From Scyliorhinus canicula (lineage: Eukaryota): DNA of 64,000 bases. This document shows, one piece after another, positions 10,025 through 22,600 of this stretch. The notes under the pieces are model-generated. The model had not been told where the DNA came from, made no database searches, and worked only from the letters and a program-made list of their open reading frames with translations. The translations under genes and the position numbers were made by a program. Location of the stretch: NCBI RefSeq assembly GCF_902713615.1, contig NC_052161.1, positions 117,282,636 through 117,346,635 on the forward strand. The letters run 5' to 3'. Every line of letters starts with the position of its first letter. Within the stretch, counting starts at the first letter, position 1.

Positions 10025-12660
10025 TAAAAAAGCAATAAGGGGAGAGAAGATGAAGTATGCGTGCAAGCTAGCTGGTAATATAAAGGAAGATAGGAAGAGA
10101 TTTTTTCAATATATGAAAGGTAAGAGAGAGGCAAAAATAGACATTGGACCACGAGAAAATGTGGCTGGAGAAGTAATAATAGGAAACAAAGAAATGGCAG
10201 ACGTACTTTGCATCAGTCTTCATGGTGGAAGACATCAGTGGGATGCCAGAGCTCCAGGAGAACCAGGGGGCAGAGGTGAGTGCAGTGACCATTACTAAGG
10301 AGAAGGTTCTGGGGAAACTGAAAGGTCTGAAGGTGGATAAGTCACCTGGACCGGATGGACTACACCCCAGGGTCCTAAAAGAGATAGCTGAGGAAATTGT
10401 GGCGGCATTAGTGATGATCTTTCAGGAATCCTTGGAGGCAGGAAGGGTCCCAGAGGACTGGAAGGCGGCTAATGTAACACCACTGTTTAAGAAGGGAGGG
10501 AGGCAGAAGACAGGAAATTATAGGCTGGTTAGCCTGACTTCGGTCATTGGTAAGATTTTAGAGTCTGTTATTAAAGACGAGATCGCAAAGCACTTGGAAG
10601 TGCATAGTGAAATAGGACTGAGTCAGGCCAGCTTTGTCAAAGGGAGGTCGTGTCTGACAAATCTGTTAGAGGAGGTAGCAAGCAAGTTAGACAAAGGAGA
10701 ATCAGTGGATGTGGTTTATTTGGATTTCCAGAAGACCTTTGACAAGGTGCCGCATAGGAGACTGTTACATAAGTTTAAAGCCCATGGTGTTAAGGGTAAG
10801 ATCCTGGCATGGATAGAGGATTGGCTAACTGGCAGAAGGCAAAGAGTGGGGATAAAGGGGCTTTTTCAGGATGGCAGCCGGTGACTAGTAGTGTGCCTCA
10901 GGGGTCTGTGCTGGGATCACAACCTTTTACAATATACATTAATGATCTGGAAGAAGGTACTGAAAGCACTGTTGCTATGTTTACAGATGATACAAAGATC
11001 TGTAGAGGGACATTTAGTATTGAGGAAGCAAGGGGGCTGCAGAAGGACTTGGACAAGCGAGGAGAGTGGGCAATGAAGTTGCAAATTAAATACAATGTGG
11101 AAAAGTATGAGATTATGCACTTTGGGAGGAGGAATCTAGGCATAGACTATTTTCTAAATGGGGAAATGCTTCGGAAAGCCAACACACAAAGGGACTTGGG
11201 AGTCCTTGTTCACGATTCTCTTAAGGTTAATGTGCAGGTTCAGTCGGCAGTTAAGAAGGCAAATGCAATGTTAGCATTCATGACGAGAGGGCTAGAATAC
11301 AAGATGAGGGATGTACTTCTGAGGCTGTATAAGGCTCTGGTCAGACCTCATTTGGAGTATTGTGAGCAGTTTTAGGCTCCATATCTAAGGAAGGATATGC
11401 TGGCCTTGCAAAGAGTCCAGAGGAGGTTCCCAAGAATGATCCCTGGAATGAAGAACTTGTCGTATGAGGAACGTTTGAGGACTATGGGTCTGTACTCGTC
11501 GGAGTTTAGAAGGATGAGAGGGGATCTTATTGAAACGTACAAGAGACTGCGAGGCCTGGATCGAGTGGACGTAGAGAGGATGTTTCCATTTGTAGGAAAA
11601 ACTAGAACCAGAGGACACCATCTCAGATTAAAGGGACGATCCTTTAAAATAGAGATGAGGAGGAATTTTTTCAGCCAGAAGGCGATGAATCTATGGAACT
11701 CTTTGCCGCAGAAGGCTGTGGAGGCCAATTCACTGAGTGTCTTTAAGGCAGAGATAGATAGGTTCTTGATTAATAAGGTGATCAGGGGCTATGGGGAGAA
11801 GGCAGGAGAATGGGGATGAGAAAAACATCAGCCATGATTGAGTGGCGGAGCAGACTCAATGGGCCAAGTGGCCTAATTTTTTTATTTAATAAACATTTTA
11901 TTGAGGTATTTTTGGTACAGTAACAAAAAAATAAACAATATACATGAAACCACAAACATAGTGCAAAAGAGTACAGGTCCCACCCTTTTTACCCCGCTAC
12001 TCTAACCTAAACTACCTCCCCCCCGCCCCCCATCTGCTGACGATTAATTTTCCACAAAGAAGTCGACGAACGGCTGCCACCTCTGGGCGAACCCTAACAG
12101 TGAACCTCTCAAAGCGAACTTAATTTTCTCCAAACAGAGAAAGCTATCCATGTCCGATAGCCAGGTCTCCAACTTCTGGGGCTTTGAGTTCCTCCATGCC
12201 AATAGTATCTGTCTCCGGGCTACCAGGGACGCAAAGGCCAGAACATCTGCCTCTTTCTCCTCCTGGATTGCCAGATCTTCTGACACCCTGAAAATCGCCA
12301 CCTCTGGACTCCGTGCCACCCTTGTTTTTAAAATTGGACATGACATCCGCAAACCCCTGCCAAAATCCCCTAAGCTTTGGACATGTCCAAAACACGTGGA
12401 CATGGTTCGCGTTTTGTGCTCCTGTCCTTCACCCCAAAGAATCTACTCACCCGGGCCACTGTCATGTGAGCCCGGTGAACAACCTTAAATTGTATCAGGC
12501 TGAGCCTGGCACATGTTGCGGACGCGTTGACTCTACTCAACGCACCAGCCCATAGACCATCCTCTATCTCACATCCCAGCTCCTCCTCCCACTTGCGCTT
12601 CAGCTCCTCGGTCTGCGTCAAGTGGCCTAATTCTGCTCCTATGTCTTATGGTCTTATGGT
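10025..12660 (+). mobile_element. CR1 LINE, 5'-truncated, RT and 3' tail (TCTTATGG repeats); tail interrupted by L1
   Basis: KSPGPDGLHPRVLKE, YLDFQKTFDKVPH, VPQGSVLG, FTDDTK, RPHLEYC motifs. Confidence 0.92.
11879..12618 (-). mobile_element. L1 3' fragment with 14-bp TSD
   Basis: L1 ORF2 C-terminus (CARLSLIQFKVVHR, FWTCPKL), polyA on -. TSD CAAGTGGCCTAATT at 11865-11878 and 12619-12632. Confidence 0.9.
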
Positions 12661-12726
12661 CTAAGTCTATCTTGGCTGTAACAGGCTGGCGCCAGTGCAG
12701 TGTGAATGTAGGAATTTCAGATAAAT

Positions 12727-14082
12727 TGTATTATATGTAGTTGGTACAGTAAGGGTTATAAGCCTGGGTTAGTATGTGACTGCTGCAGTCATGTTTTTTA
12801 AAAACTCTGGTTTGAAAGGCAACTAGACCTTTTGGAATCAGAGGTGCAATTAAAACATCATAAACGTTTGGGCTAATGGACTTTTTTTTTATATTAAGCG
12901 GGTTCCCTGGCGAGTAGATAATTAGAGACATCGGGCAGGATTCTCTGTCTTGCCAGCCATCAGGAAAACCCCGGGCTGCCGGTGAAACGGAGACTCTCGA
13001 CAGCGGAGAATCCAGCCTATTGTATAGTTTTAGTAAGATGATGTAGGTAAAGGGAGGAGCCAAGGGTTGAAGCAGCCAGGTATTGAGTTTTTCAGTTTTG
13101 CAAATTAGTTTTTAGATTGGGATGTGAACAGACAAGAAGCTGTGCTCACAATACAATGAGGTTAGATCTGCCTGCGGACAGACCAGCCACTGATCTCAGG
13201 AGTTAAAGATTTGCCTGAACGGGATAGCAGGAATTTCAAAGGTTGGCAGTTTAAACAGTAGTTGAGAGGGGCAAGAATCAGAAAACTGGGTTCTGAAGGA
13301 TATCTTTTTCTCAAAGTGGTTTTGTCCAAAATATCTCTACAGCATGCATTCCTGAGTCTGCCAACTGTAGTTAAAAGCGGATTTTGACCTGAGATTGATG
13401 TTATTTGAGTGGAGATAAATGTAGGGGTTAGGATTGTTTAACTGGTAATTGAAAGCTATGTGTATTTATTTTTTTAATTTTATTTTTAAAAATAAATTTA
13501 GAGTACCCAATTAATTTTTTCCAATTAAGGAGCAATTTAGCGTGGCCAATCCACCTAGCCTGCACATCTTTGGGTTGTGGGGGCGAAACCCACGCAAACA
13601 CGAGGAGAATGTGCAAACTCCACACGGGCAGTGACCCAGAGCCGGGATCGAACCTGGGACCTCGGCGCCGTGAGACAGCAGGGCTAACCCACTGCGCCAC
13701 CGTGCTGCCCTAGCTATGTGTATTTATAACGTTAAAGTTATTAATACTGTGTTAATAATAAAAGGTTATTTAACTTAATATTGTGTTAATTTAAGTTGTT
13801 AATAGGTTTTGTTGTTCATTGAGGATGGGTGAATGTTTATGACTGTTATCGTTATTGTTGGTATTTTATTGCGGTTCGTTGTTGTTATATAAATACAAAA
13901 TTTTTCAATAAAAATTATTTTTTTAAAAAAAGTTTGTTTTAACATACCATGTCCCTATTTGTGCGTGAAAGCACTCCCGGAGGGAAGTATCCTTTCCGAA
14001 CAGTCTTACAAATTAAATAAAATATTGGGGTTTCTGTCCGGTATCCAAACAACTGTTGGTGTCTGGTCCGGGATTGTAATAG
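12727..14082 (+). mobile_element. probable ERV solo LTR (contains a SINE and an L1 3' tail)
   Basis: TGTA start, TGTAA end, LTR-like U3/R/U5 composition, no ORF. Confidence 0.45.
13470..13710 (-). mobile_element. tRNA/V-SINE short form
   Basis: 16-bp TSD AGCTATGTGTATTTAT (13454-13469, 13712-13727). Confidence 0.9.
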
Positions 14083-14579
14083 CAGACACAATGGGTCAAA
14101 TGGTCTCCTTCTGTGCCGTAACAATTTTGCAATTATTCTAAACCACACGCCAACTAACCCCCTATATTGCAAGTACAACTTGTCAAATATATAAACTTGC
14201 ACAAAAATAGGATGAGCTCTTATACCTTTCCTAAGTTCTGTTTACCTCCTTTGATATACAGTTGTTTATGCATTCTTATTTGGATTTTACTAATTAAATA
14301 TACTCGTGTATTAACTGTTCATATTTATTGCTTCTGTGGTGTATCAAAATATTAAGCACTGCAACCAGTACTGTACAACAAAATCATTTTAAAAAATCAA
14401 GTCCGGTTGAATAAAATATTTTAATAACTTTTGTCTGCTTGCCTTGTTTCTTTTCTATTCTCTTCTCTATATTTATTATTTTGTACACAAACCCCAAAAC
14501 AAATCTATTTTCTTGTGCCTACAGTCCTGCCCTTCATTCTCAAGCTACTTTCGGCGTCTCTTTGAATCCCAGACTGGAA

Positions 14580-14782
14580 TATTTTTTTAAAAATCGAATT
14601 AAGGGGCAATTTAGTGTGGCCAATCAGCTTACTCTGCACATCTTTGGGTTGTGGGGGTGAGATACACACGGACACGGGGAGAATGTGCAAACTCCACACG
14701 GACAGTGACCCAGAGCCAGGATCAAACCTGGGACCGTGGCGCCCGGAGGCAACTGTGCTAACCACTTGCGCCACCTTGCTGC
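14580..14782 (-). mobile_element. tRNA/V-SINE short form
   Basis: Family consensus match. Confidence 0.85.
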
Positions 14783-15469
14783 CTTAGCTGCGGCAGTAAT
14801 AAGGTATCACAACAATCTTTAGTAGAAGATCAAACCAGCTGTACACGGTTAAAAATTAACATTTGTGGCTGGGGACAATATTGAGACAGGACATGTCCAA
14901 GAAACAACAAAAAAAGGTCTTTTGGCCAAGATCAAGGGATCAGGTGTGGTGCTTGTTCTTGCCACCTTGGATCGAGTGTGTTCCTGTTATGAGGACCATG
15001 AATTGGATTCAATTTGAATTCAAGGTGTTTTTTGGAGAAGGCAGGGAGATGAATTGGGGGTTTGCCCTGTCCACTTTTTGAGTTGGCTTTGTAGCTCTGA
15101 GAAAGGAATAAAATTAATTTTTTTTAAAAAAGGAAGAGTAAAGAATATAAAAACATCATGTTTGAGACCTAGCCAGACACAGTTTAGGAATAGAAGTGCT
15201 TTATCTGCATGTTTATACAGTATTATTGTAAACTGGGCTATGAATGTGCTGAAGATTTGTAAGCGATTGAACTTCAGTTTCCTATTTCTGTTTGTAATCT
15301 GCCTTTGGTTTCTGTTTGTCTTGACGGAATTTTGGAAGATTAGCCATTGAAATAAACCAAATGCCGGGTAATATTGTGACTGCTTAAGTTTGAAATTATA
15401 GCATTGAAATACTGATTGTCGAAATACTGATTGTCAAAATGCAGTTTACAGAATTTTCTTTCACTGTAG

Positions 15470-15710
15470 AATTCGGGCACACGCCGGGACCAAGCCCGCC
15501 AGTTGGTTAATGATCTGCAGACTCGCGGGACAAGAGCATTTCCTGCTTTTTTGGAAAGTCTGGAGGAAACTGGACAACATGAGCTTATTGAATTACTGCG
15601 AGAGGGGCTCTCTGTCCACGACACGTCCTTCACCGCTGTTCAACCAGTTGAGCCCTGGAAAGGATATAAACCTGTACCGAGGGAGACCGGGTCTTCTCGT
15701 CCTATCCAAT
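15470..15710 (+). CDS. CASP9: caspase-9 exon 2 (rest of CARD + linker)
   Basis: TAG acceptor; NSGTRRDQARQLVNDLQTRGTRAFPAFLESLEETGQHELIELL matches caspase-9 CARD. The donor T|GTACGC is weak but gives the phase 1 required by exon 3; the 3' boundary is less certain. Confidence 0.85.
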
Positions 15711-15909
15711 GTACGCAATTTGTGTTTGAAGAAACTGATTGCTTGACAATATGGATTTACCTTCAATCTGTTCGGGTTACTATTTAGTGGCTAATTTGGG
15801 ACCAGTTTGTAGCTACTGAGCTTGTGACTATAAAACCCACAGCCATTGTGTTTGGGCAGGTGTAGAACAGTTGCTTCTCCCTCCCTTCTCTCTCATTGGG
15901 AAGCTGTCT

Positions 15910-17340
15910 AAAGGATTAAAAAGGAAACTAAAGGGCATAAGGCTTGAATGGTGCACAAAAGGCACAGCAAACCTGAGGGGGATCTGATTTATTAAGTGAT
16001 TCAGAAATTTAAGAAGACAGCCGAGGACAATGAAACTGATATATCAAAGAGACATTGGGAATGAAAGATAGGGACTACACTGCTTGATGTCAGTAAAGCA
16101 TCTGACATCATCGAGGCAGTGGAAAGGTTGAGAGATGTGTTTTTGAGGTTGGGCTGGACATCATTAGCATACATGTAGAAGCTGAATAAGGAAGTCTTAA
16201 TTGTACAGGCTTTTGATGAGGCTACACCTGGAGTATTGTGTACTGTTTGATCTCCATATTTAAGGAAGGATGTACTTGCTTTCTTGAGACAGTATAGCAA
16301 AGGCTCACGCGATTGATCCTATGATGAGAGGCTGAGTAAATTGGGCCTATACTCGCTGGAGGTTAGAAGACTCTCTAAGGAACAACATGTAGATCAGGAA
16401 GATAGGTGTGTCAAGGATCGATTCAGAGACCATGGCGTTGCGATGGATGGACACAAAAACTATAGCCGGAGATGCACTTGCTGCACAAAAGAGAGGGGTT
16501 GGAGGAGAAGAGTGCGAGAACCATGTTAAGGGCAGCAGGTGTCTGAGAAGAAAAGTACGTCACAAAGAATATCTTTTGTGTCTCAAATTTAGGCTGTTTC
16601 AGGGTGGAAACCTGAATGACCAGCTTAAAATTTGTGGTAAAAAATTTTGGAAGCAACAAGCACAAGGAATTTGGAACCGAACTTGAGTCTGGAGCCTGGG
16701 TTGTAGCTTGGGATGACCTAGGGTTTGTGGGTTGCTTTTCTTTGAGCCAGTTTTGAAAGAGACGAGAATGATACTTATGGCGAGGAAGAGCGGTTAAATG
16801 GTAGGAATGTGGTCAAGACAGCAGAAGGTTGTTTTCATGCACAAGGTGAACTTGGATAGGAAAAATAGAACACAAACATGAGAATGAAACAGGATCAAGA
16901 TCAGTGGAGGAGAAGCTTGAAGGTGAGAGGTTTGGCATGGTGGGTGAAGGAAAGGGAGGTTTGCCTTGGCGACAAATCTTCACAAACTTGAGAGGTGAGG
17001 ATGGAAGAGACGAGGGGAAAAGATTAAAGGGACAATTATTAATGAAGAAAAGTAGACAGAGATTTTGTTTTGCTCCCCAGAAGGAATAGGCATATTTGGT
17101 CGAGGACAATGAAGTCTAATTGCATTTGTATGATCCAGTCAGATTTGGTGGTGGATGTCTGAACCAGTTGTGCGTCAGTTTTCATTCAGTCTATATCCCT
17201 GAGAGAGAAAAGACCTAAACCATGAGCAGTGCTCAGAGCCAGAGAGAATAAAGATTTTTTACCAGGGATAAAGGCATCAAAATGTTGAGAGGAGACAGTG
17301 TCAAATGGGGTGGTTGCTGCAGAAATATTGTGGCGGATAG
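15910..17340 (-). mobile_element. degraded L2 LINE (with small CR1 insert ~16180-16370)
   Basis: Minus strand FYMYANDVQPNL resembles L2 RT FHMYADDTQLY; heavily mutated. Confidence 0.55.
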
Positions 17341-17451
17341 AAGGCCAAAATGCTGGGCAGTTGGGAGTTTTGAAGTATAGCTGTAAAGTACTTGAAGTTA
17401 AATTGTCATATGGAAAAAGATGCACCACAATTTTCTGTTCTTGTGTTTCAG

Positions 17452-17513
17452 GTACCGATACGGATCACATAGTTCCAAGAAAACCAACTATGAAAAAACT
17501 ACAGGATGACATG
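17452..17513 (+). CDS. CASP9: caspase-9 exon 3 (short linker exon)
   Basis: Polypyrimidine+CAG acceptor, ATG|GTGAGT donor, 62 bp converting phase 1 to 0; (C)TDTDHIVPRKPTMKKLQDDM. Confidence 0.8.
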
Positions 17514-17567
17514 GTGAGTGATTATATCAGTCTTCTATACAAACTGGTTACATCAGTTGTTGAGATC

Positions 17568-17740
17568 TGAAATGAAATTAAATAAAAATCGCTTAATGTC
17601 ACAAGTAGGTTTCAAAAGCCCCTACTCGCCACATTCCGGCGCCTGTTCGGGGAGGCTGGTACGGGAATTGAACCATGCTGCTGGCCTGCCTTGGTCTGCT
17701 TTAAAAGCCAGCTCTTTAGCCCTGTGCTAAACCAGCCCCT
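17568..17740 (-). mobile_element. short tRNA SINE with a different head but the GTGACA-type tail
   Basis: Head GGGGCTGGTTTAGCACAGGG..GGTTCAATTCCC; tail CCGAACAGGCGCCGGAATGTGGCG shared with 1203-1511. Confidence 0.8.
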
Positions 17741-17858
17741 TGCAGTTCAAGTGCAGTCTCGCATACACTTTAAAACTCCGGTAGAAATTTGAGTTACACT
17801 TCTCGAATACAAAATAAGAATATTTTATTGCGTCTACTGATTACAATTGAAAGACATT

Positions 17859-18400
17859 GGCCGGGATTGTCCCTTACCTGGCGTGGCGGGGGGTCCCGGC
17901 GGGACGGAGTGGTTTGCACCCCGCCGGCCGGTACGGAAGGCCTTTGGCGTGATGCCAGCTGGGGGCGAAGGGACTCCGCCAGCCGGCGAGAGTCCGCGCG
18001 GGTGCGTCAGCGGCTGCTGACATCATCCCCGTGCATGCTCAGGGCGGGGGTTACCTATGCATCAGCCATCGTGGAGGCTGACAGCCGATACGTAGGAAAA
18101 GAGTGCCCCCACGGCACAGGCCCGGCTGCGGATCGGTGGGCCCCGATTGCGGGCCAGGCCATCGTGGGAGCACCCCCCCAGGGCCAGATCGCCCCGCACT
18201 CCCCCAGGACCCCGGAGCCCGCCCACGCCGCCAAGTCCTGCCGATAAGGGACCTAGTCTGATCCACACCGGCGGGACCGGCAGAAAACCAGCGGGTCTTC
18301 GGCCCATCACGGGCCAGAGACTTCGGGCAGCCCCGGGGCCCATTGAGTCGCGCCAGTGCCCGCCATTCTCCGGGGCAGGCGGTGCGACTCGCCTGGTATG
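17859..18400. repeat. GC-rich MITE-like interspersed repeat
   Basis: Begins GGCCGGGATTGTCCC, similar to the reverse complement of the end of 44790-45285; very high GC. Confidence 0.55.
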
Positions 18401-19085
18401 ACATGCAGATTAGTGGGGCTCCTGTGCACTCCTCCCATCCTGGTCATAACAGGTGTCTCAAGGATTCCAGGGATAAGGAGAACAGACAGGAAATTTAAGT
18501 GAGGCAGAAAATCAGCCCTGATCATATTGAATGGCAGAGCAAGCTCAGTGAGCCGTGTGATCTACTTCTGCCCCTTTTTCTTATGTTCTTTACCAACATA
18601 ATAATCAAACATAGATGCAATTTATACTTTGTTAAATATTTAAAATGAGAACTGGCTGATAACCACACTTGTTATATTCTGGGCCATGTTCTATTAATTT
18701 TAATTTGATGGATAGTCTGGCTGTAAGGTCCGTGTATGAAATAAATTGATTTGACTCAACCCAGCTCATGGTATACATTTCTTTATGGTACATGCTTTTA
18801 CTATTTGGTTGTGAATTGGTGTTTCTCCTTTGAGTGGTCAAATACATATAGTTTGTTGGAAGTCGAAAAATTCCCACTGTGCTATAAGATCTGATAATCT
18901 GATGCTACAGTTTAAAATATATATTGTTCCCTGTATCTGTTGTTCCCGACCTGATAGATCTTGACTAACCTGAGAATTCCATTTATTATCACTGACACCC
19001 TTCCCTGAAAGTGAGAAATAATTTAAGCAATAACATAAGACATTTGATTTTGTGCTGATTGTCTTAATTCAAAAGTGTTCAATTC

Positions 19086-19326
19086 GGGCAGCACGGTGGC
19101 GCAGTGGTTAGCCCTGCTGCGTCACGGTGCCGAGGTCCCAGGTTCGATCCCGGCTCTGGGTCACTGTCCGTGTGGAGTTTGCACATTCTCCCGGTGTTTG
19201 CGTGGGTTTCGCCCCCACAACCCAAAAGATGTGCAGGCTAGGCGGATTGGCCATGCTAAATTGTCCTTTAATTGGAAAAAATTAATTGGGTACTTTAAAT
19301 TAAAACTATATATATAATATAAAAAT
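19086..19326 (+). mobile_element. tRNA/V-SINE short form
   Basis: TSD AGTGTTCAATT. Confidence 0.9.
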
Positions 19327-19604
19327 AGTGTTCAATTTATTTGTTTCTGATTTTTGACAACCAAATGCCACTTTGCGTTATTAACATAGAATTTACATCA
19401 CGGTACAAGGGCAAGTATTTATTCTTAACACAAACTTAACAACCACTCGATTTACTTTCAGGTAACTCTATTCACCACATGCTTCTATTCCGTTCTCCCT
19501 TACAAGCTAATCTAATTTACCCGTGATGCATCTATGTTATTTGCTTCAACTACTCCCATGTTCCACATTCTCATCACCCTCTGAGGAAATAAATTTTCCC
19601 CTTT

Positions 19605-22600
19605 GATAAACAATTTTAATGAGGTATTTTTTGGCATTGTAAACAGTAACATTACAGAACGTGAAAACAAAAGGGCTGTACAATAAACAAAGTACACAGT
19701 GCAATTGCCCTAACCTGTCCTACCCAGATCTGCCTAATTGACCCCCTATACTACATTCCCCTAACCCCCCGCCCCCCTGCTGACTATTAATTCTCCGCAG
19801 TCAATGAATGGTTGCCACCTCCGGCCGAACCCTAACAACGATCCTCTCAAAGCGAACTTGATTTTCTCCAGGCCCAGGAAACGCGCCATGTCTGACAGCC
19901 AGGCTTCTGACTTTGGGGGCTTTGACTCCCTCTAAGCTAAAAGTATCCGTCTCCGGGCTACCAGGGAAGCAAAGGCCAAAACGTCGGTCTCTTGCTCCCC
20001 CCGGACTTCCAGGGCCTCTGAAACCCCAAACATCACCACCTCCGGACCCATTGCCACCCTTATGTTCAATACTCTAGACATGACGTCCTCGAACCCCTGC
20101 CAGTATCTCCTAAGTTTTGGACACGCCCAAAACATGTGGACATGGTCTGCCGGTCCTCTCAGACACTTTACACACCTGTCCTTTACGCCGAAGAATCTGC
20201 TCATCTGGGACACTGTCATGTGGGCCCAGTGGACGATCTTAAATTGAATCAGGCTGAGCTTGGCACATGTTGCAATCTCATTAACCTGCTCAGCGCGTCT
20301 GCCCACAGGCCTTCCCCAATCTCCCTTCCCAACTCCTCCTCCCATTTATGCCTCAGTTCCTCAGTCTGCGTCTCTTCCGCCCCCATGGGCTCCTTGTAAA
20401 TATCCAAGACACTTCCCTCCCCCACCCATCCTCTAGACACGACCCTATCTTGTATCCCCCTTAGTGGCAAGAGTGGAAAAGATGGCACCTGCCTGCGCAA
20501 AAAGACCCGCACCTGAATATACTGGGATACACCCCCCCCCCCCCCCCCCCCCCCCCTCGTCAACCCAAACTTGTCCTACAGCACCCTCAAGCCAGGGAAA
20601 CTCCCTTCCAAGAACAAATCTCCCATCCGCTCAATCCCCGCCGTCCGCCATACCCGATACCTTCCCGTTCAACCTCCCCGGAGCAAACCAATGGTTGTCA
20701 CATATTGGGGACCGGACCGATGCTCCTGTTGCTCCCACATGCCTCCTCCACTGGCCCCAGATCCGAAGGGCTCCCACCACTACAGGACTGGTGGAGAAGC
20801 GCACCGGTGGGAACGACAGAGGCGCCGTCACCAACGCCCCTAGACTGGTGCCCCAACGTGAGGCTGCCTCCATCCGCTCCCAAGTTGACCCCACCCCCCA
20901 AACCACTTCCTTATCATGGCTATGTTAGCCGCCCAATAATAGTTGCTGAAATTCGTCAGTGCAAGCCCCCCCCCCCCCCCCCCCCCCCCCCGGCTCTGCT
21001 CGAGCATCACCCTCTTTACTCATGGGGACATGCCCGCCCATACAAAGCCCAAAATGATCTTGCTTACCCTCTTAAAAAAGGAACGTGGAATGAAAATGGG
21101 GAGACACTGGCTCACGAATAAGAACCTCGCGAGGACTGTCATTTTAACTGTCTGAACTCTCCCAGCAAATGACAGTGGGAGAGCATTGCACCTCCGAAAC
21201 TCCCCTCGCATTTGATCTACCAACCGGGACAGGTTCAGCTTGTGCAGTCGACCCCATTCCCGCGCCACCTGTATTCCCAGGTACCTGAAACTGTTCCCAA
21301 CTAGCCGGATCGGCAGCTCCCTCAGCTGGTCCCCTTGGCCCCTCTCCTGGACTACAAACATTTCACTTTTTGTCATATTCAATTTATACCCCGAAAACCG
21401 GCTGAATTCCCCCAGGGTTGCCATGATTCTGCCCATCCCCGCCATCGGGTCCGAAACATACAAAAAAAAGCAGGTCATCTGCATACAATGAAACCCTATG
21501 CTCCAGCCCCTTCCAACCCCCTGAAGCCCTCAGAGCAATTACCAGCGGCTCTATAGCTAGCACAAACAGCAGTGGTGAGAGGGGGCACCCCTGTCTCGTC
21601 GGAAGTCGTCCTGTTTGTCCTCGCACTCTCCTCCGGGGCCTGATATAACAGCCTGACCCAGTCGATGAAAACCACCCCAAATCCAAACCGTCCCAGCACC
21701 TCCCATAAGTGGGACACTCTACCTGGTCAAATGCATTCTCGGCGTCCATTGCCACCACTACCACCGCCTCCTTTCCCTCCGGGGGCATCATGACCACATT
21801 GAGCAATCTTCTTGTATTCGCCCCCAGTTACCTACCTTTAACAAACCCTGTTTGGTCCTCCCTAATATCACTCGGCACACAATCCTCAATCCTGGTGGCC
21901 AAAAGCTTTGCCAGCAGTTTGGCATCCACATTAAGAAGGGAGATCGGCCTATAAGAGCCACACGACTCCACGTTCTTGACCCGTTTTAAAATCAAAGAGA
22001 TGTCAAAGACATCGTCTGGGGAAGCACCCCTCTGTCCCTTACCTCATTAAAAACCTTGACCAGCAGCGGCCCCAATATCCCAGAGAACTTTTTATAAAAT
22101 TCTACCGGGTACCCATCCGGCCCCGGGGCCTTACCTGACTGCATGGCCTTTAAGCCCTCTAATATCTCCTCAACTCTGATCGGGGCGCCCAGCCCTTCTA
22201 CTAGCTCCCTGCCCACTTTTGGGAATGTCAGGCCGTCTAAGAAGCGTCTCATCCCCTCCGGCCCTGCGGGGGGCTCCGAGCTATAAAGTTTGCAATAAAA
22301 GTCCTTGAAGGTTCTGTTCACACCAGCCGCATCCCCTACCAGGTTACCGCCTCCATCCACCACTTTACCTATTGCCCTAGCCACCTCCCTCTTTCTGAGC
22401 TGCTGAGCCAGCATCCTGCTGCCTTTCTCTCCATGCTCATATATCGCACACGTCGCCTTTTCTGAGCTGCTCTACTGCCTTACCCATGGACACCACCCCA
22501 AACTCTGCCTGCAGCCTCCTCCGTTCCCTCAAGAGCTCCGCACTCGGGGTCCACACATACCTCCTGTCAATCTGCAGAATCTCCGCTAACAGTCGGTCCG

